Source: Octopus sinensis (taxonomy: Eukaryota). Taken from it: a stretch of DNA of 64,000 nucleotides. Below the pieces are notes generated by a model that was not told the DNA's origin, searched no databases, and was given only the letters and a program-made list of their open reading frames with translations. The stretch spans positions 11,635,579 through 11,699,578 of the forward strand of contig NC_043026.1 of the NCBI RefSeq assembly GCF_006345805.1. The letters run 5' to 3'. The position numbers and the translations under genes were made by a program. Below are positions 28,713 to 43,849 of the stretch, piece after piece (position 1 is the first letter of the stretch; the number at the start of each line of letters is the position of its first letter).

Positions 28713-31700
28713 AGGCCTTTAAGGTGTGATTTCTGTGGTAAATCATTCTCTGAGAAACGTTACTTAACTGCACATGTATCTATCCATACAAGAATTTGAC
28801 TGTATTATTTATGAAATGTCTTTGCAGCACACAGCAACAGACGTTTTAAAAGCCTTTGTCCTTGTGGGCATTGTCAGTAAATGATGAACCCTTGGTAACA
28901 TTCATAATCATCAGGGTTCCTTTTTGAGGTATTGTTAATGATGCCAACCCTTTTTTGTAAGCACTTACCAAGGATAAACGTAGTTTTGCTGGGCACAGGT
29001 ATTTGTTAGAATTCTGTGTAGAAAATAATTTGTATAACCATAAATATTCCCACTTTAGGAACCACTAGATTAGACAATTGTGAGGAGTGGAAACAGTGAT
29101 GTGCAGATAAATATAGTTGTGTGTGTAGCAGAATATAGCACACACGAGAGACCCGTTGATATTAAAGCTGAAATCTAAAAGAGGAGAAACGTGTGAGGCA
29201 GTGCAGCATCATGAGAGCAGACGGTGGAGAAATCCAGGTGAACATCTTTTAGAGTAACTGGGTTTTTAGGAAGACACAATTTCTTGCATTCTGAAAATAT
29301 ATACTCCATGAAGAAGATTGTGAAATCCTGTGGAGGTGACGTGGTTAAATAAATATGTATTCAACACTGAAACTTGCTGACTTGGTTTTTATATGTACCT
29401 AAATATGTATGTTTGATTGCTTCTCGTTTATTAATTGCATCCAAGGTCTTTGATCTTTGTTTGCTTGTTTATTTCAGGTTGCTTCTTATTCCTCTGTGTC
29501 AATTTGCATCTGATGAAGCAATTAGATGAACCAAGCTGCTCTTCTTTGTGTTTCTCTGGGCTGTGGGTTCGCTTAGTATCTCAGATAAAAAGTTGAATAC
29601 ATCGTTAGAGCACATCCAACACTACGCTTAATAAATCTTTCTGGTTTTGTGTCGAGATATTGAAAAGCTGTGGGCCCTGGAAACCCTAAACCGTTGCAGT
29701 ATTGGATTCTTACCCAAGATGGAAAGTAGGTGTTTGGTACGATGCAGTGGCGCTCAGTCCAGGTGTTACTATAGGTTTCATTACCAAATTTAGGGGTAGA
29801 CCTTAAAAACTGTATACATCTATATACAACGGGCTTCTTACAGTTTCCGTCATCCAAATCCACTCACAAGGCTTTGGCTGGCCCGAGGCTATAGTAGAAG
29901 AAACTTACCCAAGGTGCCAAGCAGTGGAACTGAACTGGGGAACTATGTGATTGATAAGCAAGCTACTTACCACACAATTTTGTATTTAAATGCTTCAAAT
30001 TGTGTAGATTACAATTATATAGGAATTTGTTGGGGCTAAACACTACCTGGAGTAGGGGTGGGCAATTCACAGAGCTGTGAAAACGTATGAGGAAATAAAG
30101 ATGTGTGAAGTAGCCGAAACTCCTGTCCCCTCATCCTGAAAATGTTTCTCGCAAGTGGTAGAAATAGACCATATGGTCTTGTCATCTGTGCCTGGGTTAG
30201 AGGTAAGGTGCCTCATTTGGGATGCCACGCTCTCCTTTGCTCCTTCTCTCATCCTGGATGCTGCAGTATAATGGTGGGGGTCTCTGCTTCCGTAGCCGAA
30301 TGTAAGAAAACCCTGAGGTATCGGGACCTGACAGTGAACTATCTCTTCCACCTTCAGGTGTTTGGGACATTGAGAGAGACCAGGCCATTATCCATGAAGT
30401 TCTTGTCAACATTGGCAGGTGATGCCCGTTGGGGTGCATGGTTTTTCTTAACACCTTAGCCTTGCTGTCACCGGTAGTAATACTGTGAGGATGCTGGATT
30501 GCTTCAGTAGGTTCTATCAAACCTTGTGGCGTGCAACCAGCTGCTGTGATAAAAGAAATGCCTCCTGATATGCTGCAAATCCCTTATTTTGGTTTGGAAA
30601 AGTGGGAGGACACCCCATCTAGGAATCGTTGGAAATTTATTTTTTTCATTGAATGAATTCCTCTGACCTAATATGCTACAAAACCTGTTTTGGGGTCCGA
30701 AAAACGGGATGGAGTGAGCTGGAAGCCTTGGAATGTTCGCCCCCCACCGTCATTGATCTTTTTATCCACAAAGTTTTCAGTAAGGAAAAAAAATTGGCCT
30801 TTTTTGCGTGGAATCAAGTACCCTGACCTCCAAGTTTTGTTTTTCTTCTCTTAGTGAAAATTACGCGGTTGTTAATATTGGAATTTAATGGGAAAAGCAG
30901 GCTCTTCATCCAGCTCCCCTCTCTACCTCCCCTTATTCTCCTCACCATTCCCATCACAGCCTGCATCACCTCCTGCACCCCACCCGACTCTCACTTAGTG
31001 CAGCTTCTATTTTATAATTTTATGCATGCGTGAAACATTAATAGAAGAAAACACTTTCATTTCATTTCTTGTTACGGGTCAGGGGAGGAGGTGGGTGTTT
31101 TTGTTTTTTTTTCAGAATCGTAATCTACTTATTTTTCTACATATTTCACCAGAAAAATTTTGTTTTTAGTTGAAAATTTAAGAAATTGCGTGGGGAGATT
31201 AAAAATTTTTTTAATGCAGATTTGGAATCTCCGCACTCGATATCGTGGGTTCCTGTAAAAACGAAACCAAAAAAGCATCGGAAAGCGGGTCCATTGTCTT
31301 TCCCCCCGCCGTAAACGGAACCCTTCCCCCTTTATTTCAGGATAAAGTAAAACAAACGAAGGGAAGGGATATGGGACTGAAATTTTGATGTTGGGATTGT
31401 TGAAAAAATCTTTTCCAGAATCGAAATTTCCATGGCCTAAAAACATGGGATTCCGGAGAAAACAAAAAGGAATTTGAAAGCCGGGAAGGACTCCGTTTAG
31501 ATCTTCGCTATAGTTGAGGGTCGATGGTCGAAAAAGTTTGGCGACCCCTGATAAATGGTTGGGAACACCACCTGCTGTGTTTCTAATCATATGTCCGTTT
31601 AATGAACAAACATACGATTATATGCATTCTAATGCTAAGATGTAATGATGTCAGAAATATTTGGCTGCTTTTTTTAGCAGGTTCAGTGACCATGCGCAGA

Positions 31701-33231
31701 CACTCTTGTTGAGACGTAATTACTATTTAGCTGGATGAGGTTTTTATCATTTACCTTGGGTGAGATGCAATTAAAGGTGTGAATTAATATAATTTTAACG
31801 TCTCTTCGTGTTATATTGGGGACTTTAAATATATGACACCGGTGTCGTTCAAACGCGGGAATAATTATCAACAGCTTCTACACGTGCTTCTAATTAAGAC
31901 GAATCTAATTATATCAGATGTAGTAATACCTCGTGTTCAGGTGAACGTTGATCTCTATGAATAACACGAAGCGACTTACATGATTTGTGATTTAATATTT
32001 CTCTTGATCACAGCTTTAGTTGGTTGATCCCTATTTTACAGGAAAGGGGGAAAAAGCTTTCAATCGAGGAACTTTGCTCGCCCTTCTTCATATTTCATTT
32101 GGACCTTAGATCGAAAGCACGAATTGTTTGTATGCGTGTTGTAGCAAATATTGTGCGCATTTCTACTATCCATGGTGGGAAAAACAAACTGGATTTCAAG
32201 AAAGGATCCTGGTGAACAACAAGTATTTGTTGCACACTTGTTAACGGAGGTCTGTGATATCTAAGACAAGAAACTGAACCATAGGAGGTTAGTCTATATC
32301 TACAGACATTTGTCAGCTTTTTAAGTATTCCTGAAGACAAGCAGGAAGACCTCCCTCACAACGGGTTTCCTTTTGGTAAACGATATTTCCCCTTTCGACA
32401 CCCGATTTGTGTAATTTTCTTCTGGGTCCTTTAATCGTTTAATAATGTATATTTTGTCAGTAAATTTAGGGCATAACTACAGAAATGCGGGATCCTTTCT
32501 GTTTGGGGAGTTACCAAAATTGAAATTGCAAAAGTGTTTATATCATTGTTCTGTGACCCTAACCACATCTTTTCAGGGAGTTCTCAAAAATGAAGCCCCC
32601 AAAAATCAAAATATTATTCCCTGCCTAACCTGAACTCGTCACATATAAATTTATATAGGTAGATAGATACAGATATGTATATATGTGCGTGCATGAGTAA
32701 TGTTACACAATGTTAAAGAGTAGTTGTAGTTTACAAATTTTTCCATTTCACCCAATGTTATATGATGTCATTTGTTAATTAATAAAGAAATGTTGTAACA
32801 TTTCTCTTTTGATCTTTCCTCTCTATCTAATTCTGTTTCTTTATTATTTCAGATTTACGGATGACATTGGCATCAAAGAAATTTTCTTTTATAATGAATA
32901 CATCTTCAACATTTTTCATCTTTTAAAGTCTTGAGGAAAAGTTTACACAGAACGCATCGAAGCCTATTTCTATAAATCTTTGTTAGAAATTCTATGAAAT
33001 GTTTGCTCTGAACTGAGATTAATAGCAACATTTTTCTATTTCATTAGCTGATGCTTTGCATTCTCGTTACTCTTTGATGACTTTCTAAATTTGTAGCATC
33101 TTTAGATATCTGAAGTTTGCATTGAAAATATTTGTAAGGAATAAACTATAAAAAGAAGGATAAAGATAGGGGTAAAACTTTAATGTGGTGAGAAAGGCCA
33201 AGGATTGTTTCTATTTTGATTTCTCATAGAA

Positions 33232-34596
33232 ATGCTGCAAAATATGCGAAAATCATTGTATCGTTGTGATATCTGTGGTAAGTCAACCACTAGAAGTGCT
33301 GCCTTAGATAGACACAAGCGTACTCACACAGGAGAAAAACCGTTCCAGTGTGATATCTGTGGTAAATCATTCTGTCAAAATAGTGTGTTAACTACTCACA
33401 AACGTATTCATACAGGGGAGAAGCAAGTTCACTGTGATATCTGTGGTAAATCATTCTCTAACGGAAGTGCCTTAATTGTACACAAACGTGTTCATACAGG
33501 TGAGACACCATATCACTGTAATATCTGTGGTGAATCATTCTCTGAAAGCAGTTGCTTAGCTAAACACCGATGTTTTTATACCAGGGAGCAGCTATTTCAC
33601 TGTGATACCTGTGGCAAATCATTCTCTAGCAGCAATTACCTAACTAGCCACAGACATATTCATACAGGAGAGAAGCTATTTTATTGTGATGTCTGTGGTA
33701 AATCATTCCCTGTAAACAGTTGCCTAACTACACACAAACGCATTCACACAGGGGAAAAACCATTTCACTGTGATATCTGTGGTAAATCTTTCTCTGTAAG
33801 CAGTAGTTTAGTTGGACACAAACGAAGTCATACAGGAGAAAAGCCGTATCACTGTGATATCTGTGGTAAATCATTCTCTCTAAGCGATCACTTAACTAGA
33901 CACATACGTATTCATACAGGTGAGAAGCCATATGAGTGTGATGTCTGTGGGAAATCATACTCTGATAGAAGTGCCTTAATGAATCACAAACGTAATCACA
34001 CAGGAGATAAGCCATTTCCTTGTGATATCTGTGGTAAATCATTCCCTACAAACAGTCGCTTCAATAGACACAGACGTATTCACACTGGAGAGAAACCATT
34101 TCACTGTGATATCTGCGGTAAATCATTCTCTGAAAACTGTCAATTAACTGCTCACAAACGTATTCATACAGGAGAGTGGCCATTTTGTTGTGATATCTGT
34201 GGTAAATCATTCTCTCAAAATTGTCGATTGACTTCTCACAAACGTATTCATACAGGGGAGACACCATATCACTGTGATATCTGTGGTAAATCATTCTCTC
34301 TAAACTTTAAATTAACTGCTCACAAACGTATTCATACAGGTGAGAGGCCATTTTGCTGTGATATCTGTGGTAAATCATTCTCTGACGGAAGTAACTTAAA
34401 TGTACACAAACGTATTCACACAGGAGAGAAACCATATCAATGTGATGTCTGTGGTAAATCATTTTCTCGAAGTGATAGTTTAACATATCACAAACGTGTT
34501 CATACAGGAGAGAAGCCATATCACTGTGTTATCTGTGGTAAATCGTTCTCTCAAAATTATCAATTAACTTCTCACAAACGTATTCATACAGGATAG
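33232..34596 (+). CDS. Poly-C2H2 ZNF family B copy 4 (16 fingers), nearly identical to copy 3
   Basis: Intact 454-aa ORF. Confidence 0.92.
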   Translation: MLQNMRKSLYRCDICGKSTTRSAALDRHKRTHTGEKPFQCDICGKSFCQNSVLTTHKRIHTGEKQVHCDICGKSFSNGSALIVHKRVHTGETPYHCNICGESFSESSCLAKHRCFYTREQLFHCDTCGKSFSSSNYLTSHRHIHTGEKLFYCDVCGKSFPVNSCLTTHKRIHTGEKPFHCDICGKSFSVSSSLVGHKRSHTGEKPYHCDICGKSFSLSDHLTRHIRIHTGEKPYECDVCGKSYSDRSALMNHKRNHTGDKPFPCDICGKSFPTNSRFNRHRRIHTGEKPFHCDICGKSFSENCQLTAHKRIHTGEWPFCCDICGKSFSQNCRLTSHKRIHTGETPYHCDICGKSFSLNFKLTAHKRIHTGERPFCCDICGKSFSDGSNLNVHKRIHTGEKPYQCDVCGKSFSRSDSLTYHKRVHTGEKPYHCVICGKSFSQNYQLTSHKRIHTG

Positions 34597-37500
34597 AGGC
34601 TTTTAAGGTGTGATTTCTGTGGTAAATCATTCTCTGAGAAACGTTACTTAACTGCACATGTATCTATCCATACAAGAATTTGACTGTATTATTTATGAAA
34701 TGTCTTTGCAGCACACAGCAACAGACGTTTTAAAAGCCTTTGTCCTTGTGGGCATTGTCAGTAAATGATGAACCCTTGGTAACATTCATAATCATCAGGG
34801 TTCCTTTTTGAGGTATTGTTAATGATGCCAACCCTTTTTTGTAAGCACTTACCAAGGATAAACGTAGTTTTGCTGGGCACAGGTATTTGTTAGAATTCTG
34901 TGTAGAAAATAATTTGTATAACCATAAATATTCCCACTTTAGGAACCACTAGATTAGACAATTGTGAGGAGTGGAAACAGTGATGTGCAGATAAATATAG
35001 TTGTGTGTGTAGCAGAATATAGCACACACGAGAGGCCCGTTGATATTAAAGCTGAAATCTAAAAGAGGAGAAACGTGTGAGGCAGTGCAGCATCATGGAG
35101 CAGACGGTGGAGTAATCCAGGTGAACATCTTTTAGAGTAACTGGGTTTTTAGGAAGACACAATTTCTTGCATTCTGAAAATATATACTCCATGAAGAAGA
35201 TTGTGAAATCGTGTGGAGGTGACATGGTTAAATAAATATGTATTCAACACTGAAACTTGCTGACTTGGTTTTTATATGTACCTAAATATGTATGTTTGAT
35301 TGCTTCTCGTTTATTAATTGCATCCAAGGTCTTTGATCTTTGTTTGCTTGTTTATTTCAGCTTGCTTCTTATTCCTCTGTGTCAATTTGCTTCTGATGAA
35401 GCAATTAGATGAACAAAGCTGCTCTTTGTGTTTCTCTAGGCTGTGGGTTCGTTTAGTATCTCAGATAAAAAGTTGAATACATCGTTAGAGCACATCCAAC
35501 CCTACGCTTAATAAATGTTTCTGGTTTGTGTCGAGATATTGAAAAGCTGTGGGCCCTGGAAACCCTAAACCGTTGCAGTATTGGATTCTTACCCAAGATG
35601 GAAAGTAGGTGTTTGGTACGATGCAATGGCATTCAGTCCAGGGGTTACTATAGGATTCATTACCAAATTTAGGGGTAGATCTTAAAAACTGTATATATCT
35701 ATATACAACGGGCTTCTTACAGTTTCCATCATCCAAATCCACTCACAAGGCTTTGGCTGGCCCGAGGCTATAGTAGAAGAAACTTACCGAAGGTGCCAAG
35801 CAGTGGAACTGAACTGGGGAACTATGCGATTGATAAGCAAGCTACTTACCACACAATTTTGTATTTAAATGCTTCAAATTGTGTAGATTACAATTATATA
35901 GGAATTTGTTGGGGCTAAACACTACCTGGAGTAGGGGTGGGCAATTCACAGAGTTTGTGAAAACGTATGAGGAAATAAAGATGTGTGAATTTGCCGAAAC
36001 TCCTGTCCCCTCATCCTGAAAATGTTTCTCGCAAGTGGTAGAAATAGACCGGATGGTCTTGTCATCTGTGCCTGGGTTAGAGGTAAGGTGCCTCATTTGG
36101 GATGCCACACTCTCCTTTGCTCCTTCTCACATCCTGGATGCTGCAGTATAATGGCGGGGTCTCTGCTTCCGTAGCAGAATGGAAGGAAACCCTGAGGTAT
36201 CGGGACCTGACAGTGAACTATCTCTTCTACCTTGTGGTGTTTGAGACATTCAGAGGGACTAGGCCATTATCCATGAAGTTCCTGTCAACATTGGCATGTG
36301 ATGCCCGTGTGGGTGCATGGTTTTTCTTAACACCTTAGCCTCGCTGTCACTTGTAGTAATACTGTGAGGATGCTGGATTGCTTCAGTAGGTTCTATCAAA
36401 CCTTTTGGCATGCAACCATCGGCTGTGATAAAGGAAATACCTCCTGATATGCTGCAAATCCCTTATTTTGGTTTGGAAAAGTGGGAGGACACTCCCATCT
36501 TGGAATCATTGGAAATTTATTTTCTTCCTTGAATGAATTCCTCTGACCTAATATGCTACAAAACCTGTTTTGGGGTCCGAAAAACGGGATGGAGTGAGCT
36601 AGAAGCCTTAGAATGTTCGCCCCCCCCACCACCATTGATCTCTTTATCTACAAAGTTTTCAGTAAGGAAAAAAAATTGGATTCTTTTGCAGGGAATCAAG
36701 TACCCTGACCTCCCAATATGCTGCAAATCCCTTATTGTGGTTAACAAAAAATTGGGGGCCTTCCCCACTTTTTTCATGCAGGTGAAAAGATCAGTGAGGG
36801 TGGGGTGAAATTTCTGAGGCTTCCACCTCACCCCACCCCGTTTTATGGACCCCAAAAAGAGTTTTGTAGCATATTAGGTCACAGGAATTCATTCAAGAAA
36901 ATAAAAAACGCGAAAATATCAAATGATTCCGAAATGGGAAGGGGTGACCCTACCTTCTTGTTTTCCAAACCAATATAAGGGACGTGAAGCATCTTATTAG
37001 GTCAGGGTACTTGATTCCACCCCAAGAATCCAAGTTTTGTTTTTTTTTTCTCTTAGTGAAAATTATGCGGTTGTTAATATTGGAATTTAATGGAAAAAGC
37101 AGGATCTTCATCCAGCTCCCCTCTCTACCTCCCCTTATTCTCCTCACCATTCCCATCACAACCTGCATCGCCTCCTGCACCCCACCCGACTCTCACTTTA
37201 TGCAACTTCTATTTTGTAATTTTATGCATGCGTGAAACATTAATAGAAGAAAACACTTTCATTTCATTTCTTGTTACGGGTCAGGGGAGGAGGTGGGTTT
37301 TATTTTTGTTTTTGTTTTGTATATTTTGAAAAATTAGAATTTACAGTTTTTTTTCAGAATCGTAATCTCCTTATTTTTCTAAATATTTCATCAGAAATAT
37401 TTTGTTTTTAGTTGAAAATTTAAGAAATTGCGTGGGGAGATAAAAAACTTTTTTATGCGGATTTGGAATCTCCGCACTCGATATCGTGGGTTCCTGTAAA

Positions 37501-39511
37501 AACAAAACAAAAAAAACATCGGAAAGAGGGTGCGGTCCATTGTCTTTCCCCCCGCCGTAAACGGAACCCTTCCCCCTTTATTTCAGGGAAAAGTAAAAAA
37601 ACGAACGAAAGGGATATGGGACTGAAATTTTGATGTTGGGATTGTTGAAAAAATCTTTTCCAGAATCGAAATTTTCATAGACTAAAAACATGGGATTCCG
37701 GAGAAAACAAAAAGGAATTTGAAAGCCGGGAAGGCTCCGTTTCGATCTTCGCTATAGTTGAGGGTCGATGGTCGAAAAAGTTTGGCGACCCCTGATAAAG
37801 GCGTAGGGAACACCACCTGCTGTGTTTCTAATCATATGTCCGTTTAATGAACAAACAAACGATTATATGCATTCTAATGCTAAGATGTAATGATGTCAGA
37901 AATATTTGGCTGCTTTTTTTAGCAGGTTCAGTGACCATGCGCAGACACTCTTGTTGAGACGTAATTACTATTTAGCTGGATGAGGTTTTTATCATTTACC
38001 TTGGGTGAGATGCAATTAAAGGTGTGAATTAATATAACTTTAACGTCTCTATTTGTTATATTGGGGACTTTTAATATATGACACCGGTGTCGTTCAAACG
38101 CGGGAATAATTATCAACAGCTTCTACACGTGCTTCTAATTAAGACGAATCTAATTATATCAGATGTAGTAATACCTCGTGTTCAGGTGAACGTTGATCTC
38201 TATGAATAACACGAAGCGACTTACCTGATTTGTGATTTAATATTTCTCTTGATCACAGCTTTAGTTGGTTGATCCCTATTTTACAGGAAAGGGGGGAAAA
38301 AGCTTTCAATCGAGGAACTTTGCTCGCCCTTCTTCATATTTCATTTGGACCTTAGATCGAAAGCACGAATTGTTTGTATGCGTGTTGTAGCAAATATTGT
38401 GCGCATTTCTACTATCCATGGTGGGAAAAACAAACTGGATTTCAAGAAAGGATCCTGGTGAACAACAAGTATTCTAATGGTAAGTCTGAAAATATATCTA
38501 CATAGCATTTGTTGCACACTTGTTAACGGAGGTCTGTGATATCTAAGACAAGAAACTGAACCATAGGAGGGTAGTCTATATCTACAGACATTTGTCAGCT
38601 TTTTAAGTATTCCTGAAGACAAGCAGGAAGACCTCCCTCACAACGGGTTTCCTTTTTGTAAACGATATTTCCCCTTTCGACACCCGATTTGTGTAATTTT
38701 CTTTTGAGTCCTTTAATCGTTTAATAATGTATATTTTGTCAGTAAATTTAGGGCATAACTACAGAAATGCGGGATCCTTTCGGTTTGGGGAGTTACCAAA
38801 ATTGAAATTGCAAAAATGTTTATATCATTGTTCTGTGACCCTAACCACATCTTTTCAGGGAGTTCTCAAAAATGAAGCCCCCAAAAATCAAAATATTATT
38901 CCCTGCCTAACCGGAACTCATCACATATAAATTTATATAGGTAGATAGATATAGATATGTATATAGGTGCGTATATGAGTAATGTTACACAATGTTAAAG
39001 AGTAGTTGTAGTTTACAAATTTTTACATTTCACCCAATGTTATATGATGTCATTTAATTAATTAAGAAATGTTGTAACATTTCTCTTTTGATCTTTATTC
39101 TCTATCTAATTCTGTTTCTTTATTATTTCAGATTTACGGATGACATTGGCATCAAAGATATTTTCTTTTATAATAATACATCTTCAACATTTTTCATCTT
39201 TTAAAGTCTTGCGGAAAAGTTTACACAGAACGCATCGAAGCCTATTTCTATAAATCTTGGTTAGAAATTCTATGAAATGTTTGCTCTGAACTGAGATTAA
39301 TAGCAACATTTTTCTATTTCATTAGCTGATGCTTTGCATTCTCGTTACTCTTTGATGACTTTCTAAATTTGTAGCATCTTTAGATATCAGTGAGGTTTGC
39401 ATTGAAAATATTTGTAAGGAATAAACTATAAAAAGAAGGATAAAGATAGGGGTAAAACTTTAATGTGGTGAGAAAGGCCAAGGATTGTTTCTATTTTGAT
39501 TCCTCAAAGAA

Positions 39512-41215
39512 ATGCTGAAAAATATGCGAAAATCATTGTATCGTTGTGATATCTGTGGTAAATCAACCACTGGAAGTTTTGCATTAGATAGACACAAGCG
39601 TACTCACACAGGAGAAAAACCGTTCCAGTGTGATATCTGTGGTAAATCATTTTCGTTAAATGATACTTTAACTTCTCACAAACGTGTTCATAAAGGAGAG
39701 AAGCCATTTCACTGTGATATCTGTGGTAAATCCTTCACTCAAAGATATGACTTAACTAATCACAAACGTGTTCATACAGGAGAGAAGCAATTTCACTGTG
39801 ATATCTGTGGTAAATCATTCTCTCAGACTAATAATTTAACTAGACATAGGCGTATTCACACAGGAGAGAAACCATTTCACTGTAATATCTGTGGTAAATC
39901 ATTCTCTGACGGAAGTGCCTTAATTGTACACAAACGTGTTCATACAGGGGAGACACCATATCACTGTAATATCTGTGGTGAATCAATCTCTCAAAGCAGT
40001 TGCTTAGCTAAACACCGATATTTTTATACAAGAGAGAAGCTATTTCACTGTGATACCTGTGGCAAATCATTCTCTAGCAGCAATTACCTAACTAGCCACA
40101 GACATATTCATACAGGAGAGAAGCTATTTTATTGTGATGTCTGTGGTAAATCATTCTCTGAAAACAGTAACCTAACTACGCACAAACGCATTCACACAGG
40201 GGAAAAACCATTTCACTGTGATATCTGTGGCAAATCATTCTCTAGCAGCAATTACCTAACTAGCCACAGACATATTCATACAGGAGAGAAGCTATTTTAT
40301 TGTGATGTCTGTGGTAAATCATTCTCTGAAAACAGTAACCTAACTACGCACAAACGCATTCACACAGGGGAAAAACCATTTCACTGTGATATCTGTGGTA
40401 AATCTTTCTCTGTAAGCAGTAGTTTAGTTGGACACAAACGAAGTCATACAGGAGAAAAGCCGTATCACTGTGATATCTGTGGTAAATCATTCTCTCTAAG
40501 CAATCACTTAACTAGACACATACGTATTCATACAGGTGAGAAGCCATATGAGTGTGATGTCTGTGGGAAATCATACTCTGATAGAAGTGCCTTAATGAAT
40601 CACAAACGTAATCACACAGGAGATAAGCCATTTCCTTGTGATATCTGTGGTAAATCATTCCCTACAAACAGTCGCTTAAATAGACACAGACGTATTCACA
40701 CTGGAGAGAAACCATTTCACTGTGATATCTGTGGTAAATCATTTTCTCTAAACTGTGAATTAACATCTCACAAACGTATTCATACAGGGGAGACACCATA
40801 TCACTGTGATATCTGTGGTAAATCATTCTCTCAAAACTGTCATTTATCTTCTCACAAACGTATTCATACAGGTGAGAGGCCATTTTGCTGTGATATCTGT
40901 GGTAAATCATTCTCTGACGGAAGTAACTTAATTGTACACAAACGTATTCACACAGGAGAGAAACCATATCAATGTGATGTCTGTGGTAAATCATTTTCTC
41001 GAAGTGATAGTTTAACATCTCACAAACGTGTTCATACAGGAGAGAAACCATATCACTGTGATGTCTGCGGTAAATCATTCTCTGATAGTACTACATTAAA
41101 CAAACACAGGCGTATTCATACAGGGGAAAAGCTATTTCACTGTGATATCTGTGGTAAATCATTCTCTGAGAAACGTTACTTAAGTGCACATGTATCTATC
41201 CATACAAGAATTTGA
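39512..41215 (+). CDS. Poly-C2H2 ZNF family B copy 5 (20 fingers, terminal finger intact)
   Basis: Intact 567-aa ORF ending HVSIHTRI*. Confidence 0.93.
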   Translation: MLKNMRKSLYRCDICGKSTTGSFALDRHKRTHTGEKPFQCDICGKSFSLNDTLTSHKRVHKGEKPFHCDICGKSFTQRYDLTNHKRVHTGEKQFHCDICGKSFSQTNNLTRHRRIHTGEKPFHCNICGKSFSDGSALIVHKRVHTGETPYHCNICGESISQSSCLAKHRYFYTREKLFHCDTCGKSFSSSNYLTSHRHIHTGEKLFYCDVCGKSFSENSNLTTHKRIHTGEKPFHCDICGKSFSSSNYLTSHRHIHTGEKLFYCDVCGKSFSENSNLTTHKRIHTGEKPFHCDICGKSFSVSSSLVGHKRSHTGEKPYHCDICGKSFSLSNHLTRHIRIHTGEKPYECDVCGKSYSDRSALMNHKRNHTGDKPFPCDICGKSFPTNSRLNRHRRIHTGEKPFHCDICGKSFSLNCELTSHKRIHTGETPYHCDICGKSFSQNCHLSSHKRIHTGERPFCCDICGKSFSDGSNLIVHKRIHTGEKPYQCDVCGKSFSRSDSLTSHKRVHTGEKPYHCDVCGKSFSDSTTLNKHRRIHTGEKLFHCDICGKSFSEKRYLSAHVSIHTRI

Positions 41216-42324
41216 CTGTATTATTTCTGAAATGTCTTTGCAACACACAGCAACAGACGTTTTAAAAGCCTTTCTCTTTGTGGGCATTGTCAGTAACTAA
41301 TGAACCCTTGGTAACATTCATAATCATCAGGGTTCCTTTTTGAGGTATTGTTAATGATGCCAACCCTTTTCATAAGCACTTACCTGGGACACACATAGTT
41401 TTGCTGGGCAGAGGTATTTGTTAGAAGTCTGTGTAGAAAATAATTTGTATAACCATAAATATTCCCACTTTAGGAACCACTAGATTAGACAATTGTGAGG
41501 AGTGGAAACAGTGATGTGCAGATAAATATAGTTGTGTGTGTAGCAGAATGTAGCACACACGAGAGGCCCATTGATATTAAAGCTGAAATCTAAAAGAGGA
41601 GAAACGTGTGAGGCAGTGCAGCATCATGGAGCAGACGGTGGAGTAATCCAGGTGAACGTCTTTTAGAGTAACTGGGTTTTTTGGAAGACACAATTTCTTG
41701 CATACTAAAAATATATACTCCATGAAGAAGATTGTGAAATCCTGTGGAGGTGACGTGGTTAAATAAATATGTATTCAACACTGAAACTTGCTGACTTGGT
41801 TTTTATATGTACCTAAATATGTATGTTTGATTGCTTCTCGTTTATTAATTGCATCCAAGGTCTTTGATCTTTGTTTGCTTGTTTATTTCAGCTTGCTTCT
41901 TATTCCTCTGTGTCAATTTGCTTCTGATGAAGCAATTAGATGAACAAAGCTGCTCTTTGTGTTTCTCTAGGCTGTGGGTTCGTTTAGTATCTCAGATAAA
42001 AAGTTGAATACATCGTTAGAGCACATCCAACCCTACGCTTAATAAATGTTTCTGGTTTTGTGTCGAGATATTGAAAAGCTGTGGGCCCTGGAAACCCTCA
42101 ACCGTTGCAGTATTGGATTCTTACCCAAGATGGAAAGTAGGTGTTTGGTACGATGCAGTGGCGTTCAGTTGAGCTGTTTGTAATTCTTTCATTACCAAAT
42201 TTAGGGGTAGACCTTAAAAACTGTATGTATCTATATACAACGGGATTCTTACAGTTTCCGTCATCCAAATCCACTTACAAGGCTTCAGCAGGACCGAGGC
42301 TATACTAGAAGACACTTACCCTGG

Positions 42325-42845
42325 TAAGAACAAATATGCGAGGCTTTTTTTCTTCAAGTTTAAAACGAGACATTGCTGGCATAATTTCGTTATATCTAAA
42401 CTCCACAACCCACGGAAACACCCGAAGTGAAAGGTTTTGGTTTTGTCGAGTTATATCGAAAGAATGCCAACAAATGACTAAAGATGAAATATTTTCATTG
42501 TTGAATACTTACGGAAATGTTTTATAAAGGACAGTGTTGTTATAACTGCGTGTGTGTGTATGGTAGTTGTGAATAGAATTGCTGAAAAATGTATTATAAA
42601 AGCGTGTGCAGTGGACGATAAATGCTTAATTACTGTGCATGGTGCTTGATTAAAAGGAATTCATTAAGGAGGCAAAAATTGGGAAGTGAAGAAATAAACG
42701 GAAGCAATCTTATGCGCATGCGTATGTTGTATGGCAGTGCGATAGAAGCTGACCCCTATTTGAACCCCTTTTCCTCTCAGTGCTATTGAAACGATGTCAG
42801 ATATATTTTGCCATCTTAACGCGGCGAGCTGGCAGAAACGTTAGC
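42325..42845 (+). repeat. Right copy of ~520-bp direct repeat
   Basis: Matches 10005-10528. Confidence 0.9.
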
Positions 42846-43048
42846 GCACCGGGTGAAATGCGTAGCCGTATTTCGTCTGCCGTTACGTTCTGAGTTCAAA
42901 TTCTGCCGAGGTCGACTTTGCCTTTCATCCTTTCGGGGTCGATTAATTAAGTACCAGTTACGCACTGGGGTCAATGTAATCGACTTAATCTGTTTGTCCT
43001 TGTTTGTCCTCTCTGTGTTTAGCCCCTTGTGGGTAATAAAGAAATAGG
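42822..43048 (+). mobile_element. tRNA-like SINE (family 3)
   Basis: ggcgagctggcagaaacgttagc...gagttcaaatt...gaggtcgactttgcctttcatcctttcggggtcgat; partial copies at ~16963, ~24726, 10505. Confidence 0.8.
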
Positions 43049-43849
43049 TATTGTTAGGTGGAGTCAGTGATTACCAATTGTAAAATTGTAACGGTAATTT
43101 GTGATGATTGTTGGAGTCGGCAGTTAGCGATTGCAACGGGTGTTGATGTTGCAGATGAGTAAGATGACAGAAGAACATTGATCGAAATTGTAAACAAAAA
43201 TTAATTCATCGTAACTTAGTATGTAGTCAAAACCATAATGGGTTCATTTGTACAATTAGTAAATGGAAAAGCATACGAGGTTAAGAGAGTTAATTTCTTC
43301 TTGAGTAAGTGTGTACACGTTCTTATTGTAGTAGTAAGCCATAGATGCTGAGACCCCCTTCGGTCATGACTGACCGAGTGATTGCACCTAGAAAGTTACC
43401 CTCTCAGGTACAAGTCCAAGCAAGGTTGTTTATGGAAGACCAGCAGTCGCCCATGCATTTACGTTTTATTTATTATTTTGCACTTTACTTAATCATCGTT
43501 ATATGTTTTTCTTATATTTTATCTTTCTATAATATGCAATTTTCTAGATTGTGCAAATTAATTTTTCATTATTGAATTGATAGGTGTTTTTTTTTCTAAT
43601 TGATATATATATATATATGTGTGTGTGTGCGCATGTATGTCATCATCATAGTTTAACGTCCGCTTTCCATGCTAGCATGGGTTGGACGGTTCAACTGGGA
43701 AGATCTGGCAGTGTTTCTACAGCTGGATGCCCTTCCTAATGCCAACTACTCCGTGAGTGTAGTGGGTACTTTTTACGTGCCAGACGGGGCTGGCGAACGG
43801 CCACGCATGGATGTTGTTTGTTACGTGCCACTGGCACGGAGGCCAGTCG

